Assembly: GCF_044704955.1 (NCBI RefSeq)
Contig: NC_091980.1
Span: 130,324,001-130,388,000, forward strand
Direction of reading: 5' to 3'
DNA: 64,000 bases
From: Pristiophorus japonicus
Taxonomy: Eukaryota
Positions 52,512 through 64,000 of the stretch are shown here, piece by piece (position 1 is the stretch's first letter; every line of letters starts with the position of its first letter). The position numbers and the translations under genes are program-made. A model generated the notes under the pieces. The model was not told where the DNA came from and made no database searches. It saw only the letters and a program-made list of their open reading frames with translations.

Positions 52512-54252
52512 TCATTGATCATTATACGGGCAATTTGGTGGTTGGCCGAATTGCTTTTGATTCTGTGATCCAAATGGATCTTGCACAGAGAAATTAGTCT
52601 GAGGTCTAGCATGTACCTGGACTTGGGTCGCATACTGGTTGGGTTCTGAAGGGGGAGGGTGTGCTCTATTACCTGCCTGTTGAGTCCAATCATGATTTGG
52701 TTGTTGCTGTTTTGCCCGGCAAGTTCTAGCCCAGTGTCCAATCTGTCCACAATTGTGACAGGTATAATATTGTTCCTGCCCTGCACCTCCTCTCCCTCTT
52801 CCCCTGTAATATCCTCCTCTGGCTCGCCCTCTTCCTCTACCCTGGGGTGGGGCGTAGGACGGTGTCACCGGGGTGGGTGTCATTGGAGCTGCTTGTCCTA
52901 CAAACATGGTGACCTTGCTTTTAGATTCTCTATTTCGCTCTTGTATGTCCTTTAACATAGATACAACCTTGGATAGCGATTCCTGTCGCCATCCGAGACA
53001 AACTAGTTTAAAGGGATCTCTGAGTTCGGGCCGTAGCCCGTTTACCACGGCGCTGATCATAGGAGCCTCTACCTCCTCCATTTTCATGCCTGAACATTGG
53101 TTCATGATCTCTCGCACTCTTTCTACATAATCCTCAACATCCTCCTCCTTTCTTTGTGTAGTTTCCATAATTTTGGACCAATTCGTTTTCCTCGGGAACA
53201 CCGAATGTAAGGCTTCCCAACATCTTCCCCAGAACCCCTCTCCTGGCTTCGTGCTGGGATCTGCATCCGGAGCCTCTCGATGGGTTTTAAAATCTTTGAA
53301 TTTTATCTCAAGTTCGGCAAATTTTGTATCCTTTAACCATGCTTTCAGTAAGATTTGACCATCTAATATACTGGGTTCGTGGCACAAGATGATTACTTTT
53401 AACTGGTCTATGGCCTTTTCAATATTGGTTTTGGGGTCTGCCAATCCTTCCACAATTATTCTTAATTCACTTGGTGACCATGGTCGATAAATAGGGACCG
53501 GAGCCCCCCCCGAGAGTGGACTGGGAAAAAGTCTTACTGGGTATACTGATGATGATGGCTCCAGGGCACTGGGCTCTGGTCCACGGGTATGACTTCGTGT
53601 GCCCCCTGCAGGGCCGTCACGGTATTGATTCCCTTGTGACTGACTTATATTTCCTGCAGCCTCACCTGTATTGTTGGGAGCGGGTGTTACCCCGTTTCCC
53701 TGTACTCCGGCCCGAGGATCATCTCCTCCTTGGCCTGGAGCACCCCCCGGGGATGGAACATACGGCGGTGGTCGATGGCTGTAGGGAGTCCAATCCTCAT
53801 CCCAGTCCTCATCCTCATCCTTATCCCAACCCTCAGGAGCCCTGGGTGAGTGTGCCTTTGTCTCTTTAACAACCATAACGGATGGGTGTTTGTTATGTCG
53901 AGGGCGATTCACCTGCTCTACCCGTTCATCCCCCTGCTTTCTCCGTCTAGTACACTGCTTGCTAACTCTTAGGCTCTTCTCGTGTCGTTCCTCAGCTTCC
54001 CTTTTCCAATCTCCAAACGCTGACCAATTCACTTTTTTTTTCTCTTCTATCTGGGTCTCTGTCTATAAGGCATTCTTCTAGACAGGTTATTCTCTCTAAA
54101 TTGAATGAACCATCGGGTGGAAATGGCCTGTTTTCACCCTTAGTCCATTTTACCCATTCTCTTAGGTGGTCAATTGAAGACTGACCACAATTCTGGAGCA
54201 TAAAATGGGCTGGGGTCCCTTTTGGTGGTGGTTCACTTGCTCCAGCCCCCAT
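52512..54252 (-). CDS. gag: Retroviral gag, one frameshift in an A9 run (54033-54041)
   Basis: Myristoylation MGAGAS, matrix FPPDGSF, late domain PPPY, capsid YRPWSPSEL, MHR-like QRKEEDVEDYVERV, RGG tract, single CCHC knuckle CHNCGQIGHWARTC. Confidence 0.93.
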
Positions 54253-55205
54253 TCTGGATGATTTAAGATTTTACCACAGTTTCTGATCTCACAATCCTTT
54301 CGGCCAACCGAGTTCTCTACGCCCACTTCTCCTGGCCGTTACGTGGCCTGAAAAGGCTCTTAATTCGGGCTCAGTCTGGGTGTGTGAGATATGTTGGCAC
54401 GAACCAATCGTAGTTGATCAATCAGTTACTGTTTCTTTTCTTAATCAATCCTTGTGTTTTTTTTTCCGAATCACAATTTTCCCTAGTGACTCTTCCCGTT
54501 TCTCTAATGGCAATGACTCACAAAGGTATTGCACACAACAGTAATACAAGGACAACAAACAATATTCCCGTGAGTACACAAATCATAACCTCTAAACAAA
54601 TTCTCAGTCTGCGTTGTACGCCACTACAGACCGAGTCCTTAACTTATCCTAATAACAGCTGATAAAACTTAAGGTTCCGTACCCAAACTCTTTGATCGAT
54701 TGCGCTCTTTTTTTTTTAATAGTCTTATCACATAAGAACCCCTTCCGAATTAAAAACAATAAAAATCTTATCACATAAGAACCTTCGATCGATTATTAGC
54801 GCTTTCTTTTTTTTTTCTTTTCTTTTAATAGTCTTATCACATAAGAACCCCTTCCGAATTAAAAACAATAAAAATCTTATCATATAAGAACCTGGAACCC
54901 TTTTCGATCGACTAGCGCTTCCTTACCTACTGAAACCTTCCCCGGGCTGTCTCGAGATTTTTTCCAGAACCTGTTCTCTTCTGCTGGCGAGCTGAGAAAG
55001 AAATGGTTATAAAAAAAATACCTTTAACTTTTAAATGCCGAGTCTTGTAGATGCAGTACCTCAGCTGTGGACAACAGATTACATCTGCGATTCAACAGTG
55101 AAGAAACCTCTTGTGAGCAAAGGCTCACCTTGTTTGGCCACCGAAGCCTTTCACTGGAGAGGCACTATGCCTGTATCCGTTTTACTCACAGAACAGAGAG
55201 TATGC

Positions 55206-55223
55206 ATCTCGGTGGAACCTCCA
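55206..55223 (-). promoter_or_regulatory. Primer-binding site complementary to tRNA-Gln(CUG)
   Basis: The + strand reads ATCTCGGTGGAACCTCCA, the 3' 18 nt of vertebrate tRNA-Gln(CUG) including CCA as I recall it. Confidence 0.88.
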
Positions 55224-55228
55224 ATAAC

Positions 55229-55906
55229 TGTCGAAATCTCGACCTCAGAAAAGAATGACTCCGACACTTACAGCTCCGATGGAAGTTTCCCTTTTAATTT
55301 ACTTGCTCGCAAGGGGTAGGTTTCACTCAGTCAAGGGCTAAATGAAACCTCCGCAATGGTACAGCTTCACAAGATATTTATACAGTAAAACCCAAGTTCT
55401 GGCCTCTCCCTGTGTATTGCTCTATCTCACAGTCAGTGAATACAGATAAAGAGTTAATTACTATATCCTGGTCCTGAAATGGTGTCAAGATATTTCCTTT
55501 TGTCAGGGTTATCAGAAAGCCAAACGGCCATTACTCCATGAGTCATAGGTAATGGGCTATCACCTGTCTTGTATTGTATCAGGATTATCCAATTTCCTGG
55601 TCAGTTTACCTGTTTGCTTCAAATGGATGAGGTAAAGGAAAGAGATAATGGCTAGAAGATAAGGGTGGGGTGACATGGAACTCCTGTAGTGTAGACAATA
55701 GGAGAGCACCATGGGGGGTTACTTGTCTCAGCATGACTTGTCTCCTAGCTGTCTGATAACCATCAGCCATCCAACAGCAGGTTTAGCTGTTCATAATAAG
55801 CTGGCTGCTAAAATGCAGAAAGTTCTGGAAGGGCAAGGACTCCATTTTAATCAAAAGGCACACAAATACCGTATGGTATCAGCTTAGATAAAAATACATT
55901 TCCACA
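55229..55906 (-). repeat. ERV 5' LTR
   Basis: 678 bp; 3 substitutions versus 47155-47832 by manual comparison. Confidence 0.96.
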
Positions 55907-55910
55907 GAGT

Positions 55911-58130
55911 TCCTGGATTTTGCCGCAGTGACGAAAAAGGAATGGTGATATAAACCAACCTGACTTGGAAATATAACGTGGAGGTGAACTTGCAGGCGAT
56001 AGTATTCCCAAACTTCTGCTGCCCTTGTCCTTCTAATTGCTAGAGCTCGTGGGATGGCTTGTGCTGCTGAAAAAGCCTTGGCGAGTTGCTGCAGTGCATC
56101 TTGTCGATGGTACACACTGCAGCCATGGTGCACCGGTGGTGGAAGCAGTGAATGTGGAAGGTGGTGGATGGGATGCCAATCAAGCTGCCTCCTTTGTCCT
56201 GGATGGTGTCGAACTTCTTGATGATTGCTGAAACTGCACTCAGCCAGTCAAGTGGAGAGTATTCCACCACACTCCTGACTTGTGCCTTGTCGATGCTGGA
56301 AAGACGTTAGGTGTCAGGAGGTGAGACACTCACCGCAAAATACCCAGCCTCTGGCCTGCTCTTATTACCAGAGTATTTATGTGGCTGGGCGAGTTCAGGT
56401 CCTGATCAGCGATGATCCCCAGGGGTTAATGCTGGGGAATTCAGCGGCAGTGAATGTTAAGGGCAGGTGGTTAGACTCTCGCTTTTTGCAGATAGTCATT
56501 GCCTGGCACTTGTGTGATGCCATTGTTACTTGCCCATTATCAGCCCCACACTGAATGTCATCCAGGTCTTGCTGCATGTGGGCATGGACTGCTTCATTTT
56601 CTGATGTCTTGCAAATGGAACAGAACACTGTGTAATCATCAGCAAACATTCCCACTTCTGGCCTTTATGATGGAGGGAAGTTCATTGATGAAGCAGCTTA
56701 AGATAGTTGGGCCAAGGACACTGTCCTGAGGTATTCCTGCAGAGATGTCCTGGGACTGAGATGATTGACCTCCAACAACCACTTCCTTAGTGCTAGATAT
56801 GAGTCCAGCTCATCGAGAGTTTTCGATATTCGCATCGACTTCAATTTTACAAGGGCTACTTGATGCCGCACTCCATCAGGTGCTGCCTTGCTGTGAAAGG
56901 TAGTCACTCTCACCTCGCCTGTAATTCAGCTCCTTTGTACATGTTTGGACCAAGGCTGCAATGAGATCAAGAGCTGAGTGGTCCTGGCACAACCCAAACT
57001 GGGCATCGGTGAGCAGATTATTGTCGACAAAATCTTCCCTCACTTTGCTGATGATTGAGTGTAGACTGATGGGGCGGTAATTGGCCTGAATGGATTTGTC
57101 TGGCTTTTTCTAGACAGGACGTACCAGAGCAGTTTTTCACATTGTTGGGTAGATGCCAGTGTCTCTGTACTGGAACAGCTTGGCTAGAGGTGTGGCCATG
57201 AATTTACAGATTGTGGTGCAATACAATTCTGCAGTTGCTGATGACACAGTGCCTCATGGATGCCCAGTTTTGAGCTGCGAGATCTGTTTTGAATCTATTC
57301 CATTTAACACTGGTCAAACCACTCACCACAAAGGAGGGTGTCCTCAGTGTGAAGACAAGACTTTGTCTCCACAAGGACTGTGTGGTGGTCACTGCTACCA
57401 ATGCTGTCATGGACAGATGAATCTGTGACAGGTAGATTGCTGTGGATAAGATCAGTAGGTTTTTCCCTTGTGTTGATTCTCTCACCATCTGTCGGAAGCC
57501 CAATCTCGATGCTATGTCTTTCAGGACTCAGCCCGCTTGCTCAGTGCTACCGAGCCCCTCTTGGTGATGGACATTGAAGCCTATTGCTATATCAGTGCTT
57601 CTTCCAAGTGGCCTTCAACATGGAGGTGTACTGATTCATCAGCTGAGGGAGGGCGGTAGGTGGTAATCAGCAGGAGGTTTCCATGTCCAAGCTTGACCTA
57701 AATCCATGAGACTTGATAGGTTCCAGATTAAATGTTCAGGACTCCTACCGCTACTCCCTCCCGACTGTATACCACTGAGCCGCCACTTCTGGTGGGACAG
57801 GACATACGCAGGGATGGTGAAGGAGGAATCTGGGACATTGGCCGAAAGGTATGATTCTGTGCTTATGACTATGTCGGGCTGTTGCTTGACTAACCTGTAG
57901 GACAGCTCTCCCCATTTAGGCACAAGATACCAGATGTTAGTGAGGAGGACTTTGCAGGGTCGACTGGGCTGGGTGTACCATTGTCATGTCAGAAGCCGGT
58001 GCCGAGGTCAATGCCGGGTTGTCCATCCTGTTTTATTCGAATTATTGTTTCTCGTAACGGTTTGTTATAACTGATCGGCTTGCTTGGCCATTTCAGAGGG
58101 CAGTTAAGACTCAACCACATTTTTTTAGGT
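55911..58130 (-). mobile_element. Remainder of the degraded LINE split by the ERV (paralog of 15295-17650)
   Basis: GMFADD (56395-56655) and QQPDIVISTESYL remnants. Confidence 0.75.
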
Positions 58131-59039
58131 TTGGAGTCATATCGGCCAGATTTCCTTCCTGAAGGACATTAGTGAAGCAGATTGGTTTTTATGACAATCC
58201 GACAGCTCCCTGGGCAACATTACTGATACTAGCCTTTTATTCCAGATTTTAATTTAATTAACTGAATTTCAATTCCCCAGCTGCCATGGTGGGACTTTGG
58301 ATTATTAGTCCAGGCCTCTGAATTACTTGTCCAGTAACTTAACCACGATGTTACCGCACTCTTTGCATCTCTCAATGGCACTTTTGGACTATCGATGTCA
58401 CCACAATTCATACATTGATGAGTCACAATTCTACAAGTCATGTTGGGTTTTGCGTGCTGATGAGTTTCACGGCTTCATGTTTCAGATAAAACAAATTCTT
58501 CAGCTCACTCGATGTGAAAAACTTTACAGATGCCCTTGTTTTAAGAATTACATAGAATTTACAGCACAGAAAAATGCCATTCAGCCTGGCAAATTGCAGT
58601 GGTGAGCGGTTCTTCTTGAACGTAAAACGCATCTAGGATGAGGTGAGGAAACGAATGGGACAAGATCGATTTAATTGTCTTTCAATCATGAGCATGGAGA
58701 GCGAAGTACTGAGAGGACTTGATTCACACACTGAGCCTCCTCCCAACTTCATTTAACCCTATCAGCATATCCTGCCAATCCTTCCTCCCTCATGTGTTTA
58801 TTCAGCTTCACCTTAAACACTGTCTATGCTTTTTGTCTCAACTATTCCTTTTGATAGCGAGTTAAAAATTCTGAACACTCTCTGAGTAAAGAAGTTTCTT
58901 TGAAGTCTCTCTTAGATTATTAATTCTAACTTTCTATATAATTCTATGGAGATCAGAACTGTGCGCAATACTCCAAGTGTTGTCTAGCCAAGGTTCTGTA
59001 TAAACTTAACATGCTGCACAGGGATGTGGTTCTGTTCAC

Positions 59040-60522
59040 CTCAACTGTGTTCTCCCTGTGGCCGAGGAGCTCCGTCCGGAGTCACAGTGTGTATTTCGTC
59101 CCCTACGGGTAACAACGGACATGATCTTTGTAGCACGCCAATTGCAGGAAAAATGCAGGGAGCAATGCCAGCCCTTATACATGGCATTTTTTGATCTTAT
59201 AAAGGCCTTTGAGACTGTCGACCGTGAGGGCTTATGGAGCGTCCTCCCTCCATTTTGGATACCCCCAAAAGTTTATCAACATTCTTCGCCTGCTCCACGT
59301 CGACATGCATGCCGTGATCCTAATCAGCGGATTTGTTACAGACCCATTCCACGTCCGAAGCTGGGTCAAACAGGGCTGCTTCATCGCACCAAAGATTTTC
59401 TCAATCTTCCTCGCTGCCAACTCCACCTTACTGTCAACAAGCTTCCTGCTGGAGTGGAACTAAACTACAGAATCAGTGGGAAGCAGTTTAACCTATGCCC
59501 TCTCCAGACCAGTGCAAGACCACCCAAACCTCTGTCGTTGAACTGCAGTATGCGGACGACGCCTGCGTCTGCGCACATTCTGAGGCTGAACTCCAGGATA
59601 TAGTCGATGTCGTCACTGAGGCATATGAAATCATGGGCCTTGCACTTAACATCCATAAGGGAAAGTGCCTCCATCACCTGTCTTCGCCGCACAGCACGGC
59701 CCCCCGGACATCAAGATTCACGGCGTGGCCCTCGACAATGTGGACCACTTCCCATACCGCGGGAGCCTCCTGTCAACAAAGGCAGACATCGATGCGGAGA
59801 TTCAATATCGCCTCCAGTGCGCCAGTGCAGCCTTCAGCTGCCTGAGGAAAGGAATGTTCGAAGACCAGGCCCTCAAACCTACCACCAAGCTCACGCTCTA
59901 CAGGACTACTGTATGGATCATAGGCATGGACGACTTACAGAAGGCACATCTCGTCGCTGGAGATATATCACCAAAGATGCCTCCGTAAGATGCTGTAAAT
60001 TCCCTGGGAGGACAGATGAACCGACATCAGTGTCCTCGCGCAGGCTAACATCCCCAGCATTGAAGCACTAACCACATGCGATCAGCTTTTCTGGGCAGGC
60101 CACTTAGTCCACATGCCAGACATGAGACTCTCTAAGCAACTGCTCTATGAGGAACTCCTTTATGGCAAACGAGCCAAAGTTGAGCAGTGGAAACGTTACA
60201 AGGACACCCTCAAAACCTCTCTGATGAAGTGCGACAGCACCACTGATGCCTGGGAGACCCTGGCCAAAGTCCATCCTAGTTGGAAAAAGTGTATCCGGGA
60301 GGGCGTTGAGCTCTTCGAATCTCAACCCTGCGAGCGTGAAGAGGTCAGGCACAGAAGGAACGTGTGGTATATCAGTGCCACCCACCCACTTCCCCCGACG
60401 AATATCTGTCCCATTTGTGACAGGGTCTGTGGCTTTCATGTTGGACTGTTCAGCCACCAACGAACTCACTTTAGGAGTGAAAGCAAGTCTTCCTCGATGC
60501 TGAGTGACTGCCTATGATGATG
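59040..60522 (+). mobile_element. Degraded RTE-clade LINE (paralog of 18550-19999)
   Basis: DMIFVARQLQEKCREQ, VKQGC, LQYADD, CPICDRVC..H..H, (ATG)n tail. Confidence 0.85.
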
Positions 60523-61764
60523 GGTTCAGCTGCAGGTATTCCTCGCTCTGAGCTCAGAACTGCGCCAATGGTTAACACTCATCTGTGCCTTTTTATCTCT
60601 AGAATTGACTATTTCAATGCTCTCCTGCTGGCCTTACATGCTCCATAAACTTAAGCTTATCCAAAACTCTGCTGCCCGTATCCTAACACACACGTAGTCC
60701 CACTCACCCATGACCCCTGTGCTTGTGGACCATCATTGGCTCCCGGTCTGACAGCGCCTCAAATTCAAGATTCTTATCCTTGTATTAAATCCCACCATGG
60801 CCCCTCCCTCACCTCTTTTCCCAGCACATTGATAATATCGGTGCTGTTTCCTGCTCTCACAATAAACTGGAACATTTAATTCACTATGTTCCCAATTTCC
60901 ACCCTTCACTCACCTTCACATGGTCCATTTCTGTCACTTCACTTCCCTTTCTCGACTTCTCTGTCTATCGCCTCAGTCTATCAGACAAATATCCAATGAG
61001 TTGTTTGGATGTTGCTTCAAACCCGCAGATACCTGCAAATGATCAACCTACTGAACAATCCAGAACTCTTAAAAAGACACTGAATCGCAAACAACAGAGG
61101 ATTCAATGAACCTTTCCAGGTGGCCATTAACTGGTCCAGGCAGAGCACGGTCGATAGGGTGTTCTCTCTGTCTGCCTGCCTTTGTTCCGCGGCTATATCC
61201 GTGCCCGGGTATCCCTGGATTGGGAGCACGCGGTGTCTGCCGGTATGCTTGAGGCTTTCCGTCATCGGAGGGCACCAGAGGGAGGGGAGCGCAGCGTGGA
61301 TACAAGGAAATAATGTAAATTTTTAAAGTTTTTATGCTAGTTGTGTCATAATGTGGATCTGACAGTTTATTCCCCCTTATAAAGGGAGCACTTATGGTTT
61401 AAGTGTTTCCGATAGCTGAATTAAAATGCCCAAAGAATAGAGAATCCAATTAAACCTGTGACTCTGGATATTTGACCTGTGTTTGAGGAAAGTTCGGACA
61501 ATTGAGATCCTCATTGAGATGTCAGCCAATGATGCTCATTCTTCAAAGATCTGATTGGCTCTGGGAGTCCATCTCCCTCCTCCCTTTACTTGATTGGTGC
61601 TCTGAGAAGATACAACTTCTGATTGGGTATTGATGACTGTCACTCATCATCAAGAGTGCCACACCCTGGATTATCCCTCAGTATAAATATTGGAGTTTGA
61701 TATTAGTGAAATGTTATCTTTGTACTTCTAAAAAGTTTTTACTTTGGAAAAATAAAATATTAAG

Positions 61765-61866
61765 ATGGCTTCTCAAGTGTGTCAGAATTACCACAAGGAC
61801 TCTGAGGATGCTGTCAACAAGCAGATCAACATGGAGCTCTATTCCTCCTATGTTTATCTCTCTATG
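61765..61866 (+). CDS. FTH1: Ferritin heavy-chain-like gene, type A copy 3, exon 1 (continues beyond the window)
   Basis: [34 protein letters not shown] followed by GTGAG; TATAAA 61682-61687. Confidence 0.9.
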
Positions 61867-63059
61867 GTGAGTTTTGTATTTTTTGCCACTTTACAATGGA
61901 GACTATGTAATGTGAATTTATGAAATCCTGTGCTGTACCCAGCCCACCTATTTCTCTCTTTCTGCCCACCTTCCCCCAGCCCTGAATCTATGCAGTGAGT
62001 TCACTTTAAAGCTATAATATGATCCAATTTATCTTAATTTGTATTTATTAACAAATTCTCTTTGTTTCTTGCAGCAGCTGTATCATCTGATTATTTTGAT
62101 TCTTTTTTTTCCTGGGATCTTGAGCTTGATGAAGTTTATTTGGAATACATTCTGTACACAATGCAAGGAATTCAGAATTTGTATCCTCATTCTAAATCAC
62201 TGCATGGATTTTCCTTACCTTGCTGGTTCAATGGGTGATGTCATAAAAATAAATCTAGGCCATTTCGGAGGGATGTCAGGAAGTATTCTTTCCCACCAGT
62301 GTGGTGGAAATCTGAAACACTTTCTTTCTCAGCCATCCCTCACCTCCACGGGGAGGATGGGAAGAAAGTGTTATAAATGTTTCTGCTTCCCTCCTGTTCC
62401 TAGTATTTCTTGCCACTAATTTTAAGTACCAGTTTGTATCCTTCTGTCTTTCCTCTAACTTTTTGCAATCATAAAGCAGATAGTTAATCATCAATTGTCT
62501 GTGCTCAGTGGACTCTCCCTTAACCCCTGTGACCTTCACCAAGCACCCTCAAATTCTGAGGGGTTCTCCTAACTTTTATTCTGTGGTCCCTGGTTCTCCT
62601 CTACAATGCTTTGATTTGTGTAGACTGTCAAATTAATGCTGCTTGTGGTAGTTTTAATTCCTTGGCATGAATGCAGCCAGTAAAACTCGGTTAGTTTTTC
62701 TTTTTTTTTTATATATGAATTCTGCATTGGGACTAGATCTAGTTTAGGCAGTTGCTTTTACTGCCTCTCAACTAGCCTGTACAAAATGTATTTGGGTTAA
62801 TAAACAATTATTATTGGAGCATGCTACTGGTGACCAGGGTATAAATCTTGTGGCAATTCCTTCACCTAATTTCCAGAGCTACAATGAATATTGGGTGCCA
62901 AGATTCAGGTTCCAGTCTTAAGCATGTTCAATCAAAGCTGAATTGGTGATTATGGAGTGATGCAGCACAGGAGGCCATTCAGTCCATTGTGCCTTGCTGA
63001 ATGTTGGGTGGAGCGATACAACTGTTTCCATAGCCTGCAAATTTTTCTAAATCACGTAA

Positions 63060-64000
63060 GAGGATGAGACTGGGGAATTAGTAATGGGCAACATAGAGAT
63101 GGCAGAAAATCTGAACAAATATCTTGTGTCTGTTTTGACAGTGGAAGACAATAACATTCCAATGGTGGATAGTCAAGGGGCTATTGGGGGGAGGTACTTA
63201 ATGCAATAACAATCACCTGAGGAAGTAGTACTCAGTAAGATAATTGGGCTCAATTATGTCCTGATGGCTTGCATCCTTGGGCCTTGAGAAGCAGGGATTG
63301 TGGATGTATTGGTTATAATTTACCAAAATTACCTGGATTCTGGGGAGGTCCCAGCAGATTGGAAAGCTGCAAATGTAATGCCCCTTTTTTTTTAAATAAA
63401 AAACTTTTGACCAGTTAGCCTAATATCTGATAGGGAAAATGTTGGAGTCCATTATTAACATCGCAGGGACATTTGGAAAAGCAAAATTTGATCAGGCAGA
63501 GTCGGCATGGATTTGTGAGGGGAAGTCGTGTTTGACAAATTTGCTGGAATTCTTTGAGGATGTAATGAACAGGGTGGATGAAAGTGAACCAGTGGCTGTT
63601 TTGTATTTGGACCTCCAGAAGGTATTTGAGAAGGTGCCACAAAAGATGACTGCACAAGATGAAAGTTCACAGGCTTTGGGGGTAATATATTAGCATTGAT
63701 AGAGGATTGGCTAAAGAACCGAGTCAGGATAAATGGTTCATTCTCTGGTTGGCAACCAGGATCTAGTAGAGTGCCGCAAGGATCAGTGCTGGGACCCCAA
63801 CTATTTACAATCTATATTACATTCTGTCCCTCCTTCCAAGTCGGTTATGTTGCCTAGTTTGTTCCTCCCAACTTTGTATCAGTAATGTGTGAGGAGAACA
63901 CACTTCTGCAGAAGGACATAGGTAGGCTAAGTGAGTGGGCAAAAATTTGACTGTAGGAAAGTGAGGTCATGCACTTTAGCAGAACAAGAATCAAAGAGCA
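63060..64000 (+). mobile_element. Degraded CR1-type LINE (paralog of 28920-30260)
   Basis: GKSCLTNLLEFFEDV...LYLDLQKVFEKVP. Confidence 0.85.

Larger units (their letters stand above)
47155..55906 (-). mobile_element. Young class I (epsilon-like) endogenous retrovirus, env-deleted
   Basis: 678-bp LTRs, 4-bp TSD GAGT (47151-47154, 55907-55910), PBS, PPT, gag-pol-env order. Empty site at about 15400 in module 1. Confidence 0.97.

Noticed and set aside
55206-55223. tRNA gene
   Set aside because: Only the 3' 18 nt with CCA are present, beside an LTR; this is a PBS.

Overview
Vertebrate genomic DNA, probably from a cartilaginous fish (inferred from the CR1/SINE repertoire). It contains a tandem array of ferritin heavy-chain-like genes on the + strand. 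A two-gene module of about 24 kb (type A gene + type B gene) is present twice, giving 5 gene copies: A1 partial, B1 intact, A2 pseudogene, B2 intact, A3 exon 1 only. None of the four visible 5' UTRs has an iron-responsive element. Both modules share degraded Gypsy, CR1, RTE, L2, Penelope and hAT relics. Three insertions are module-specific. (i) A 6.4-kb LTR element lacking gag-pol but carrying a decayed foamy-virus/F-protein-like env. (ii) A 1.3-kb sense-oriented solo LTR. (iii) A very young 8.75-kb class I (epsilon-like) endogenous retrovirus with 678-bp LTRs differing at 3 sites, a tRNA-Gln PBS, gag-UGA-pol in one frame and a deleted env. Its intact Pol carries a 2H-phosphodiesterase-like domain (two HCT motifs) between protease and RT, bounded by candidate protease cleavage sites. 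This domain is the most interesting item and may be a viral antagonist of nucleotide immune signalling. All alignments were done by eye; no database searches were run.
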